Below are positions 27,325 through 39,305 of a DNA stretch of 64,000 bases, piece after piece. Where the stretch lies: contig CM059433.1 of the NCBI GenBank assembly GCA_030390025.1, positions 24,244,001 through 24,308,000 of the forward strand, given 5' to 3'. A program made the position numbers and the translations under genes. The notes beneath the pieces were generated by a model. It had not been told where the DNA came from and searched no databases. It was given only the letters and a program-made list of their open reading frames with translations. The stretch's first letter is position 1, and every line of letters starts with the position of its first letter. The DNA comes from Squalus acanthias. Lineage: Eukaryota.

Positions 27325-28190
27325 GGCCCCAATCTTGCGTAGGCGGGGGAGAGTTTCTGTCGGGAGACCTGGAAGTTCGTGTTTCCCTGCATGCCGCGGA
27401 GTTTTGACTCCACAGCGTGTACAGTTTTGCTTTTACAGGTTCCCCACCTGTAAGTCAGCCTGATTGACAGCCGTGGCTTCCAGTCGGGTGGGGAGCACTC
27501 CAGAGGAGGCCGCAGCCTCAGGTAAGTCGCCTGCTGCTGCTAGTGGGAGCGGGAGGGGGGGGGTGATCCCCGACCCCACGGGGGGTCCATTTCTGGACCT
27601 GGCGGGTGCATCTTGGGGTGGGGGCGGTGTCTGATGGAGGGGGAGCTGGGGATGCTGGGGGGAAGCACTTACCTTCTCCCAGGCACTGTCTTCGCCTCCC
27701 TTCATCTGCCGGGTTTCCCTGGGAAATCTGGCCGGCTAGGGTTAGAACATAAGAAATAGGAGCAGGAATAGGCCACTTGGCCCCTCGAGCCTGCTCCGCC
27801 ATTCAATAAGATCATGTCTGATCTTGGGCTCAAAGCCACTTCCCTTCCCGCTCCCCATAACCCTTCACTCCCTTATCTTGTAAAAATCTGTCTATCTCCA
27901 CCTTAAATGTATTTAATGACCCAGCCTCCACGGCTCTCTGGGGCAGAGAATTCCACAGATTAAACCTGCAAAGCAAGTTAAACCAGAGCCTGCTGGCCTC
28001 ATTAAAATATTTTATTGGCTAACCCGCCTCCTGTCAGCAGGTTGACTGCCTGCCCCTTGTCCTGCCTCTATCAACTCTATCAAGACAAGATCGGACCTCT
28101 ATTAAACTCGGTGGGCAGGTTTGAGATTTTTAGTTTTCACATCTCACCTGACCCCAACCCACCCGGTTTTTGGGGGTTAAGATTCAGCCC
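27325..28190. mobile_element. Harbinger-type MITE with a CR1 tail nested at about 27745-27961 (minus strand)
   Basis: Imperfect TIR ggccccaatctt / aagattcagccc; 3-bp TSD AGA. Confidence 0.6.
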
Positions 28191-28494
28191 AGAGAGTCTA
28201 ATAATCTGAGATTTGGAACTAACACTATACTCTTATCAGAAAACAGGAGAAAGATCTTAGACTACCCTCCATAAGCAGCTCTTTTGAAGCCAGAGTGAAT
28301 CCACAAAAACGAGTATTGCAAGGGATGAACAGAAGTGGACACTCAAATAAACATAGAGAGAGAGAGGTTTGAACAATTCCACCGGTAGGGATGCTGGGTG
28401 ATGGTGCTCAGAAGAGGTAAAAACTAGACTACCCAGGGTAAGAAAGGCGATTGGAAGATAGAACAAGAATTGGAAGGATGGGGGCATGTCTTAC

Positions 28495-28800
28495 CGAATG
28501 AGTATGAGAATGTGGATGTGAAACGTGGGCACTAAAAAATTGAGACACAAAAAGCTACAAATCTTTGAGATGTGAGGATGTACAGAGATCCTTAAGAGTC
28601 CCACAGACGACAAATGAATGGATACCTGAAAGACTAAGATCCATGAGAACAATGCCTAACAGGATCTAGAATAGGAAATTCCAGTCCTTTGGACATAGAG
28701 CCCAAGGGGTTGGAGACCACCTAGGCAAGGCGATCATGCTGGGAGAAATGAAAAGCTAAAGACAAAGAGGAAGACCGAAGCAAAAATGGCTGGACGAGAG
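28495..28800 (+). mobile_element. Highly decayed RTE-clade LINE fragment
   Basis: Recognisable remnants GCETWAL, FEM, FGH and IMLGEM...RQRGRPKQKWLD, typical of the RTE ORF C-terminus. Confidence 0.5.
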
Positions 28801-29737
28801 AAGGAAATAAAAATAGAAAATCCTTCAAGTACATAGCATCTGAAACGAGGAACGCCAGATAACATTTTGGCTATAGAGCTGCAAAGTTAAGCTGTCTTTT
28901 CTCTTTTCAGATGCTAATGGACCGGCTGTATATTTATATTTTGCATCTCCAGCATTTGTAGTTTTATTTTTATCTAGAAAATACAAGGATGGGACAGGAA
29001 TGCCAACTACCGAAACAGTAGCAATAACACACACAAGCAGCATTGGCAATCAATCTCATTCATGGCAGTAACACTTGAAGAAAGCAATGGTCCCAAATAA
29101 AAATAAATCGAAGCTACTACTGTGGGCTTTGCAATGTACGCAGTGCATCAGCAGTTATTATGATATTATACAGAATTTACTACCTACTTAAGTGCCATCC
29201 TCTCAATCCCAAAATACCACTTTTTTGTTAGGTTAAGCAGCCAATTTAGTGCAATTTTGTTTACATTAGTGGATTTTCATCCGATTTATATTGAATTGGA
29301 AACCATTTTTTTATAACTCTCCTCCTACCACTTAAAAAATTAAAATCCCACAATGGGATGAAGCTTTCTGAGATTTCAAGTGGTTTTAATAAAGATGGAC
29401 ACTCTGACTCTCTTATCTAGACATTTTTTCCTGGGACTGGCATAAGTTATTATAAACAGGCAATCTTTAATTGCACTTCATTTAGGGCATAAAGAAGAAT
29501 GACAGCAAAGTAAAAGACAATGGGAGTGGTTAAAAAAAAAATCAAAGAAAACAAAGAGCAGGAAAAATCAAAACAGAATCTGAAAAACAAAAGAGAACAA
29601 GCAAAAAGCAAACACACAGAATCAAAAGCAAAAATATGGTATCATGTAAAAACATTATTGAAAAAAGTCCTGTACACTTTCTTCATAATTTTACAGTATT
29701 TACAAACCTCAGTCGTTGAGTATATTCACGACACATG

Positions 29738-29886
29738 ATAGATTTGGACTCTAGTGGAATCGAGGGATATGGGGATAGTGCGGGAAGGCGGAGTTGAGGT
29801 AGAAGATCAGCCATGATCTTATTGGATGGCGGAGCAGGCTCGAAGGGCCGAATGGCCTACTCCTGCTCCTATTTCTTATGTTCTTA
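29738..29886 (+). mobile_element. CR1 LINE 3' tail
   Basis: gatagatttggactctag...cctactcctgctcctatttcttatgttctta. Confidence 0.75.
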
Positions 29887-30805
29887 CGTAACCTTGAATG
29901 TTATCAGATCAATGGTTCTTTTAATTCTCTTGGTGGACTTACACACAAGCGTTTACAGGAAAACCACCAAAATAATAAAAAGCTGATCTGCAGACAGAGA
30001 ATCTGGAAAACGTAGTCCAGGCAGACAAGAAGGCACTTTGGACAGAGTTTCAAGACAACTTAGGCTTTAAAGAATCCGTTCAGCATTCTCTGCTGTATTA
30101 TTTGAGGAGACTGAAGATTCTGGTGGTGGAAATTTGTTTTCTGCTGGTGGGAAAATAAGATATCCCATCAGAACCCTGTTGTAATTATTTTAAATGATCA
30201 CCTCAGCACTGCAGAGTTACAGCACCTGATCAATGCACATGACTTTTTTCCCGTTCGACAAAGGTGGTAAAACAACAGAAAATGAAACACACGCACATGA
30301 GTGAAACCTATATTCTCCGCAATGGTTCTAAAAACTCTTGTAGAACAAATCTTAAATTACAACATTTATTTTTAAGACACCACAAATGAAATTCCTACCA
30401 TACAGGCCAATTAAAATGGTTGGCAAGTTATTGCTAACGCAACAACAAAAACAATGGTTTCAGAAGTTTCATGTACAGCTGAGGACTGTTGAAATTGTAT
30501 GAACAATCTGCTATGTCGCTACAGAAAAAGAATGCATTTAACAGCACAATAAAATAGCAACAATGGAAGACACAAGGTGCCAAAGAAGAAAAATAATATG
30601 GGCAGAGGAAACGGGCTTCGACAATCCACCTTGTGGAACAGAGGCCCAGCACCTGTACTGATACTGGTGACAGTTATGTTAGTTTATCAAACCATCCTCT
30701 ATTGCTTTGTTCTTGAATGATAAAAGCTAAGACTGTCTTCATCCCCTAATATATATATGAGAAGTCGCACAACACCAGGTTATAGTCCAACAGTTTTATT
30801 TAAAA

Positions 30806-30844
30806 TTACGAGCTTTCGGAGCTGTTGCCCCCTTCGTCAGGTAA
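30806..30844 (-). ncRNA. Putative minimal type I hammerhead ribozyme (ELOVL5 sense strand)
   Basis: Minus strand ttac-CTGACGA-ag-ggggc-aaca-gctcc-GAAA-gc-TC-gtaa: 4-bp stem I, stem II with one G-U pair. Confidence 0.5.
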
Positions 30845-30856
30845 AGGTACAAAAGG

Positions 30857-30891
30857 TACCTGACGAAGGAGCAGAGCTCCGAAAGCTCGTA
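30857..30891 (+). ncRNA. Putative minimal type I hammerhead ribozyme
   Basis: tac-CTGACGA-a-ggagc-aga-gctcc-GAAA-gc-TC-gta: core motifs, 5-bp stem II, 3-bp stem I, self-complementary AGCU in place of stem III, one extra A after the CUGANGA box. Confidence 0.55.
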
Positions 30892-32079
30892 ATTTTAAAT
30901 AAAACTGTTGGACTATAACCTGGTGTTGTGCGACTTCTCATTTTTGTCCACCCCAGTCCAACACCGGCATCTCCGCATCATGGCCCCTAATATATATGGC
31001 AGTAATATATAACACAAATGTCTCATCAAGCACTTGTTCTTAGTCCAGGATCATTTGCTTTTTCTTATATAAAACTCAACACAGTCTCGTTTGATGTTCA
31101 AAACTGTCTTAATATGGTACGGTGGTAACTTTCTGCATACTCCAAGGTAAGCATCAGAGCTGAGACCCAAGACCAACAATGAAGTCTATGCAGGGATAGC
31201 TCCTCAAGACATCTCTTGTGTGGAAAGCAAGCGGCAGCAAGAACTCCTCGGTGCTGCCCCTTTAGTGTCTCCCGTCACAATCTCATCATTCTCAAGAGGG
31301 AATATTTAGCCTCATACATCAGAGATTAGATAAGCTTGTGGAGGATGTGCAAAATGAACTCCACCACCTGCACAGGGGCATGCATACACTGTAGAATGTT
31401 TCACAGTACTGCTGGGCACAGCTCATCCCTCGTGTTGATATGCTGCACACATTTATGCCAATCCAGCAGTTCCCATTTGTACCACCCTCAGATTCTGCCA
31501 TTCAGATGCCCATAAAGTCATCTGCAGGTCACATTGAGCGGAATGACAGGGCATTATCCCATGGTACTATGGCTTATAAACTACTTCATTTTGGGGTTAA
31601 TGAGAGGGCACCTCCACTGAAGATGTTGCCCACAGTTCCATGGACAGCTAACACTGTTATCTGCAAATAAAAAGCATGTGCAAAATAGTTTTAGACAAAT
31701 TGGACAATTACAATATTGTAATGTTATCCACCTTAATAAAAAACTTGCTTGGAATTTCTGGCCATATTAAAAAAAAGTTCATAGGGTCATGCCAATTAGT
31801 ATGCCCAGTATAGTTCTTCCCAGCCACTGTTTGTTAATTATTTGAGTTTCAAATTTAGTACAGCCAAATGACTGGACAGCTGAAGGGCCACCCATTAAAA
31901 TAACTGCACTCATAATAAGATGTACATTACTGTCACCAACTGTGCCACCAGCTCGATTAATGCTCACATAATGACGTTATACATCTTGTAATGTACAGTG
32001 AAATATTAATCGCACTCCTGTTGAATCACTTACATTACAAAATAACCTATATATGCATCATATCAAAATTCCTACTTAC

Positions 32080-32137
32080 CTCTTGGTCCAAACCATGAAA
32101 CAAAATAGTAATTTAGCGTCTGGTCCACAGCTTCCAT
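32080..32137 (-). CDS. ELOVL5: ELOVL5 first coding exon (CDS part, 58 nt; whole exon 32080-32146 with 9 nt of 5'UTR)
   Basis: Minus strand reads ttaccgcag|ACTTTAAAA ATG GAA GCT GTG GAC CAG ACG CTA AAT TAC TAT TTT GTT TCA TGG TTT GGA CCA AGA G|gtaagt = MEAVDQTLNYYFVSWFGPR plus a phase-1 G. It resembles the ELOVL5 N-terminus (human MEHFDASLSTYFKALLGPR, from memory) and joins the next exon in frame (G+AT = Asp). Not in the ORF track. Confidence 0.93.
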
Positions 32138-32911
32138 TTTTAAAGTCTGCGGTAATTAAGCAAAATAACAGAGTAAATAGAATGCAACGGACGAGACAAT
32201 TTGGTGATGTTTCAATGACTGTCAGTATATTCAATATAATTCCTCATTTTCTACATCATATCCTGACCGTGCATGATGTTAGAAATTATATTCTGAAGTT
32301 TTAAATGGAGGATACTGCAGTTTAAGAACAGCGATACTGTTAGGAGTTTTAGCCCTCCATCTAGGTTGCCCAACAAAGAGAAGCATGTCTTTCAAATGAA
32401 ATGCACATTTTTTACACTGAATTACATTCATGGTCTCCAAATTTGAGCATCTGGGAAGGAGGAGGAAGAGATTTCCTCTGTGTGCTTGATGTACCGAAAC
32501 TGTAATATCAATAATGAGTTTAAGAACTCTACACCTACTGCTCAGGATGTCATCCCCCAGAGTTCAGATCGCTCTACTTTTCATTTAGGTTTGGAATGGT
32601 ACATGTTTTCACCACACAGAGTACATTTCCTCGGCAGTTAAACTAACCCGCGAATCAGCTTTTGAAAAGTAGCTGAATAAGTGAAGTAACAGTAACCATT
32701 AGATGTCCAAAGAGCATTGATACAAGGTTTTCACATATTTGTTCATTTGTGCAAATACTTATTTTTAACTAGAATAAAGAATCAAATAAACTGATAGCAT
32801 TTGTGATCAGTTGGTTTTCATATGACTTTATGATATAATAATAAGTCCTCTCCCCTCTCTCCTACCTGTATTATTGGAACTTCTATTCAGGATGGACATA
32901 GAAGGGACTTT

Positions 32912-33711
32912 CCCTTCCCACGGCACCTTCCTGTGCAAGCGCAGGAGATGCAACACCTGCCCTTTTACCTCCTCCCTTTCCACTGTCCAGGGCCCCAAAC
33001 ACTCCTTCCAGGTAAAACAGCGATTTACTTGTACTTCTTGCAATTTAGTATACTGCATTCGCTGCTCACGATGCGGTCTCCTCTACATTGGGGAGACCAA
33101 ACGCAGATTGGGTGACCGCTTTGCGGAATACCTCCGTTCAGTCCGTAAGGGTGACCCCCGAGCTTCTGGTCGCCTGTCACTTTAATTCACCGCTCCACTC
33201 CCACTCTGACCTCTCCGTCCTCGGCCTCTTACACTGTTCCAACGAAGCTCAACGTAAGCTCGAGGAACAGCACCTCATCTTTCGATTAGGCACTTTACAG
33301 CCTTCTGGACTCAACATCGAGTTCAACAATTTCAGACCATAACCTCGGCCCTAATTTCTTTTTTCTCTCTCTTTCACATGGCAGCTGTTGATGATTCTGC
33401 CATTGCCATTTACACTTCATCTAGACTCATCTTTTGTTTCTTAACTTGTCCCATTATCATCTCCTTTTGCCTTGCACCATCATCCCTTTTGTCTTTTAAT
33501 CTCTCCTGCCTTCCATCCTATCACAGACCTTCCTTTTGTTCTTTCCTCCCCTCCCCCCTCTCCCTGCCCCTGCACTTGCTTAAAAATCTGTTACATCTCC
33601 AACTTTTTCCAGTTCTGACGAAGGGTCATCGACCTGAAACATTAACTCTGTTTCTCTCTCTACAGATGCTGCCTGACCTGCTGAGTATTTCCAGCATTTT
33701 CTGTTTTTATG
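32912..33711 (+). mobile_element. 5'-truncated Penelope-like element (GIY-YIG endonuclease C-terminus, 3'UTR and pLTR)
   Basis: CKRRRCNTC...NLVYCIRCSRCGLLYIGETKRRLGDRFAE / VACHFNS...EEQHLIFRLGTLQPSGLN with one frameshift; 14-bp TSD atagaagggacttt at 32898 and 33712; hammerhead-like agtt-CTGACGA-agggtcatcgacct-GAAA-catt-aact at 33611-33647. Confidence 0.88.
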
Positions 33712-34137
33712 ATAGAAGGGACTTTATTGTATACTTGTTGCCATATAGTGAGACATAGGTCCCGAAAACCCGAGATCCCTCTCTTCTGCCATAACTATGG
33801 GTGTAGTGGTACTTTCATTGCGTTCCTGACCCAATCAGCCTTCCCAGGATGAGGCAATTTTCATATTTTTGGTGGGCATCTGCCCCAGTATCAAGACAGC
33901 CTAGGCACCCAGTAAAAGTGGCAGGAAAATCTGCTTCCTGCGAGCACTGCAGGGAGCTGGGACCTGCTGGATCATGGAATTGCTCTTAATATTTCAAACA
34001 TGGTCACATCAATCATCTATGCAATGTTAGAAAACAGTTTATACTCAAACACCTTAAGATCTAGTATTTGAGGACCATGGTTAATAATAGTTTCACACTT
34101 CCAATGAATGATGAATAATTATATCAAAATCTCTTTG

Positions 34138-35562
34138 AGGGAGACAGAAAAGCAGGAAACTACAGGCCAGTTAGCTTAACATTTGTCATAGGGAAGATGT
34201 TAGAAGCTATTATTAAAGAAGTTATAGCAGGGCACTTAGAAAAGTTCAAAGTAATCAAGCAGAGTCAACATAGTTTTGTGCAAGGGAAATCATGTTTAAC
34301 CAATTTATTGGAGTTCATTGAGGAAGTAACATGTGCTGTAGATAAAGGGGAACCGGTGGATGTACTGTACTTAGATTTCCAGAAGGCATTTGATAAGGTG
34401 CCACATCAAAGGTTATTGCGGAAAATAAAAGCTCATGGTGTGGGGGTAACATATTGGCATGGATAGAAGATTGGCTAGCTAACAGGAAAGAGAGAATAGG
34501 CATAAATGGGTCATTTTCTGATTGGCAAGATGTAACGAGTGGTGTGCCACAGGGATCAGTGCTGGGGCCTCAACTTTTTACAATTTATATAAATAACTTG
34601 GATGAAGAGACCGAAGGTATGGTTGCTAAATTTGCTGATGACACAAAGATAGGTAGGAAAGTAAATTGTGAAGAGGACATAAGGAGGCTACAAAGGGATA
34701 TAGATAGGTTAAGTGAGTGGGCAAAGATCTGGCAAATGGAGTATAATGTGGGAAAATGAAGTTGTCCATTTTGGCAGGAAGAATAAAAAAGAAGCATATT
34801 ATCTAAATGGTGAGAGATTGCAGAGCTCTGAGATGCAGAGGGATCTGGGTGTCCTAGTGCATGAATCGCAAAAGGTTACTGTGCAGGTACAGCAAGTAAT
34901 TAGGAAAGCTAATAGAATGTTATCGTTTATTGCGAGGAGAATTGAATACAAAAGTAGGGAGGTTATGCTTCAGTTATACAGGGCATTGGTGAGACCACAT
35001 CTGGAGTACTGTGTACAGTATTGGTCTCCTTATTTAAGGAAAGATGTAAATGCGTTGGAAGCAGTTCAGAGAAGGTTTACTAGACTAATACCTGGAATGG
35101 GCGGGTTGTCTTATGAGGAAAGGTTGGACAGGCTAGGCTTGTATCTGCTGGAGTTTAGAAGAGTAAGAGGTGACTTGATTGAAACATATAAGATCCTGAG
35201 GGGTCTGGACAGGGTGGACGTGGAGAGGATGTTTCCTCTTGTGGGAGAATCTAGAACTAGGGGTCACTGTTTAAAAATAAGGGGTCGCCCATTTAAGACA
35301 GAGATGAGGAGAAATTTTTTCACAGAGGGTCGTGAGTCTTTGAACTCTCTTCCTCAGAGGGCGGTGGAAGCAGAGTCTTTGAATATTTTTAAGGCAGAGG
35401 TAGATAGATTCTTGATCAGCAAGGGGGTGAAAGGTTATCGGGGGTAGGCGGGAATGTGGAGTAATCGGATCAGCCATGATCTTATTGAATGGCGGAGCAG
35501 GCTCGAGGGGCCGAGTGCCCTACTCCTGCTCCTAATTCGTATGTTCGTATGTACGTATGTTC
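34138..35562 (+). mobile_element. Young 5'-truncated CR1 LINE (RT domain to tail)
   Basis: YRPVSLT, YLDFQKAFDKVPH, GVPQGSVLGP, FADDTK, LVRPHLEYC; few frameshifts; (cgtatgtt)n-like tail. Confidence 0.93.
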
Positions 35563-37992
35563 TTTTTTAAGCTTCAAGATGGTTAACAAATTGCCCTTCA
35601 GATCTGTATACAAACCGGACAGAATAACCTTTTATACAGTGTGAGTTAAGGGCTTCCTGGTATTTAATCACGTGAGCATTCAACAGATTTTATACTCATG
35701 AAGCCTACAATTGTTTGCGTGGAGTAATCAGATGGCAACAGTAGAAGAACTACAATAATCTGTGACTGAAAGACCTTTTAACTATAACTATGCTTTTCCC
35801 CAACTGAAAAGCAAATAATATGTAGACATGAAAATAAAACTGTGAATGTGGGAACATCAAATAAAAATAGAAAATACAACCAACTATATGAGTCAGAATC
35901 CGAAAGCGAAAGATTGGTTAAGGTATGTAGGTGGGAGCCTTGAACTTTTCTCTTTCAGATGCTAACTGCTCTGCAGGTTTCTACCAATTTCTGGAATAAA
36001 TGTTGATCCTTGTCACATGGGCAGTAGTCTGGCGGAGTGTATCGGCCGCGCATTATACAAACCGCCTCATTTTCATCCCACTGATTTCAAAGCAATGAAA
36101 GTTGGGCGGCTTCGATAGGAGGCGGGCAGTCCACTCCGCCAGATCAGCCAAAGACAAAAATGTACCCTTCTGTTTCTACACCAAATAGCAGGTAGGCTGT
36201 TAAAACTATTCCTATATAAAGGAAAGGAAACCCAAAATGACAATTCGCAAATGATGGTTGCAGTCCAGTCGTGTAAGCAGCTCAGTGCTTGGTTTTCAAC
36301 CAGAGGTCGAGTGGCTTCAAGCTGCAGGGCCAACTGTGACTCATACACACCCGCTGCACTCCATTAGTTCTTGGCTGGATCATTAGATAAAATGTCACAT
36401 GGAAGCAAGGTAATCTATCTCGGGAAGAGATGAACGCCACCTTGCTATCATTCAATTGTCCCGATTGGAAATGAACCATTCGCCAGATATTCATGAAGTG
36501 GCAATGAAATCTACAGTTCAGACTTTGTTTAAATCAGGAGACGCAGGAATGTAGAAATTCCTGCTGGTGGCATGTCCATTCTCCCATGTCGATGTCAGCA
36601 TTAACCCATTTATTTTAAAAAGGGTTAACACCCTCCATGAAAACAGGGGACTGAGGAATGCTGCTCACTTGCAGTAATTTCTAGGTTGCTGCCATTGAGC
36701 ACTTTGCAAATGAGAAGAAAAAAAAATCACAAAAATGAGCAGGAAACAAAATTAATCTAAGCATTATCTCTGATCATTTTCAATTCTATTTTGGTCCTTT
36801 TAATGCCCACGCTTAAATGCCACTGCATTACTGCTGTAAGTATTGATTGTTACAACAACCAACTGAGCATTTAGGACAAATAAAGGTTCCTCTTATTGAT
36901 TTCCAAATATCTTCCTTAGGCTTCAAAGAATGGAAAGTGTCAATCTGCTGAATGATAGAACAACGTGTTACAGATTCTCAGGATTATATATTTTATATGT
37001 AAATAAAAACTCTTCCACTTGCAGCTGGGAAATTAACAGGGCAATGTGGGCCTTTTCCTGTAAGTGCATTCTACTTAACTTCCGAGCCCCACTACAGGGG
37101 AGCCTGTGACCACCGAATGAATGGAAGGTTCTTAATATCCTTCCCACAGGGACCATGTGTCATCCAAACCTAGTCCCTGTTCTACTTGCTCAACTTAGGC
37201 CTGCTACTAGGGAATGGCTTCAACCTTGTCAGTGAGCGATACCACGCAAGTACTGAAATGTATCTGGCCCTCCACACGTGGATGGAACGCCATGTTGTCT
37301 AGTGTATCATCACCCAAAAAAGCATTGACATTTTGTATAACTTAACTGTTAAAAAAAAATCTTGAAAGTATGTTTCTTGATTGCATGCTCCCAGCACAGA
37401 GCCTTGCCCATCAGGGGCAGCACGTATCAGGAAATTGTGAGTATGCAGTCCATGATTTTCCAGCTATTAAAGTTAATAGACAGCAAGTTATGGGCTGCAC
37501 AAATGCAATTTCCCCAATATATGCTCCCGGAGACAAAGGCTCCACACTGGGAGCGAACACTTGGAAAATTAACCATCTGGTACAAACCATTGAATGCAAT
37601 TGTCTATAAAGAAAGTGATTATTTGCACCGCATTTTTGACTCTTTCTGCGCATGCTCGCCCGTTTGGTACCACGCATGCGCACTCGATCCAGTCGCGCAT
37701 GCGCAGTATCCAACAATGCAGCAGCTGCGGCCTGCACCGCCACGTTTTCCTCGGGCTCCATGCGCAGGTCAGAGAATCGGATGGGGGGCGGGGGGGAAGA
37801 GGAGAGGGGATTGAAGGGAGGGGGAGAGGAGAGGAGATCGAAGTGGGGAGGGAGGAGAGGGGATCGAAGGGAGGGGGAGAGGAGAGGGGATCGAAGGGGT
37901 AGCCTTGGGGAGCACTCGAATTTGGTTCCAATTGCCGATGCCGAAACGAGCGGGCGGGAGTACCAGGCCAGGGGTGGCGGTGGGCCCGAACA

Positions 37993-38425
37993 CTTGCTTA
38001 TCTAGCTTCCCCTTAAATGCATCTATGCTATTCGCCTCAACTACTCCTTGTGGTAGCGAGTTCCACATTCTAACCACTCTCTGGGTAAAAAGGTTTCTCC
38101 TGAATTCCTGACTGGATTTATTAGTGACTATCTTATATTTATAACCCCTAGTTTTCGACTCCCCCACAAGTGGAAACATTTTCTCTACATCTACACTATT
38201 AAACCTCTTCATAATTTTAAAGTCCTCTATTAGGTCACCTCTTAGCCCTCCCTTTACTAGAGAAGAGAGCCAGCATGTTCAAACTTTCCTGATAGGTGTA
38301 ACCTCTCAATTCTGGTATCATCCTTGTAAAAAAAAATCACCTTCTCCAGTGCCTCTGTATCCTTTTTATAATATGGAGATCAGAACTGTGCGCAGTTGTG
38401 TGGTATAACCATGGTTCTCTACAAG
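37993..38425 (-). mobile_element. CR1 LINE 3' fragment
   Basis: RRNLFTQRVVRMWNSLPQGVVEANSIDAFKGKLDK. Confidence 0.8.
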
Positions 38426-39199
38426 TGTTTTGAATCCTTTCATACTATCTGCTTTAGTGACCTTCCCTTGTAATTTATTTCACAACTGTATCACCCTTTG
38501 GGTTAGAACCTTCCACGTGTCTTCCCTCCTTATTTCTAATTTGCTAATTTTTAAAAAAATTTTGCTTTTGGAATTGTGTCTTACACAGCAATAGCTGCAA
38601 CATGCATGAGCAAAAACCCAGCAAAAAAGATAAAGAAAGAGGTCAGCATCACACTACAGACAGCTGGAAAGCAATATTGCAACAATAACAAATTTCAGTA
38701 CAAGATCATAACAGTCAAACACCTGAGACAAGATTAAGCTAATCAACAGTTTAAAGCAAGGCAACAGCTATTGTGTGGAGAGATTCAATACGAATGCGGC
38801 ACCAGAGAAACCTAATCAGGTCCGATATCGGCAGGGTGGGCAGTAAGTCGTGGAGCACAAGGAAAGGTGTTAGATATGGTTTTCAGGGTTCCAACAAGAG
38901 GGAATATATTCTTGCAGCTAGGGAGTGTTGCAAGTCATGCATAGCTGAGCAACTAATTAGAAAAACCTGCAATAATGGTGCTGAAATCACCTGTGAAGCC
39001 TTTTAATAGAAGCAAATAATGGTATAAATAACGCTCAGTGCATCAGTCCAGCTGTGGAGCATGCCATTTGGAGCACTAAAAAGTGGGTGTAAGGCATAGA
39101 AAGATCCCTTTTACTGAATAGGTCCTTAGCATTATTGTGGACAGCATGAGCAAATGGAGAAAGACAATCCGCCATCACACACACACACACAGAGTCCAG

Positions 39200-39305
39200 C
39201 AACGTAGGAGGAAATCACATGGGAGATCAATGCAGTCTCCACAAGCCGCCTTATTTGGAGAGACATGTGGAAGAAGGTGTCCAATTTCAAAAAAAGAGCC
39301 AAGTT
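39200..39305 (+). pseudogene. Possible decayed Myb/SANT-like (Harbinger ORF2-type) remnant
   Basis: Reads EITWEINAVSTSRLIWRDMWKKVSNFKKRAK, resembling the W..IA..VNAVS...R.....KK..LK..AK pattern; no element ends identified. Confidence 0.35.

Larger units (their letters stand above)
30757..30983. mobile_element. Penelope-like mini-element: perfect 67-bp inverted arms with two hammerhead-like cores
   Basis: Arms 30757-30823 and 30875-30941 are exact reverse complements; 14-bp TSD cccctaatatatat at 30743 and 30984. Confidence 0.8.

Noticed and set aside
29150..29320. Candidate ELOVL5 start exon
   Set aside because: Minus-strand ATGs run into stops with no similarity to ELOVL5; the real start exon is at 32080-32146.
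34197..35447. Reverse-transcriptase ORFs as an intact active LINE or a host gene
   Set aside because: 5'-truncated, frameshifted, and lacking the endonuclease and ORF1.
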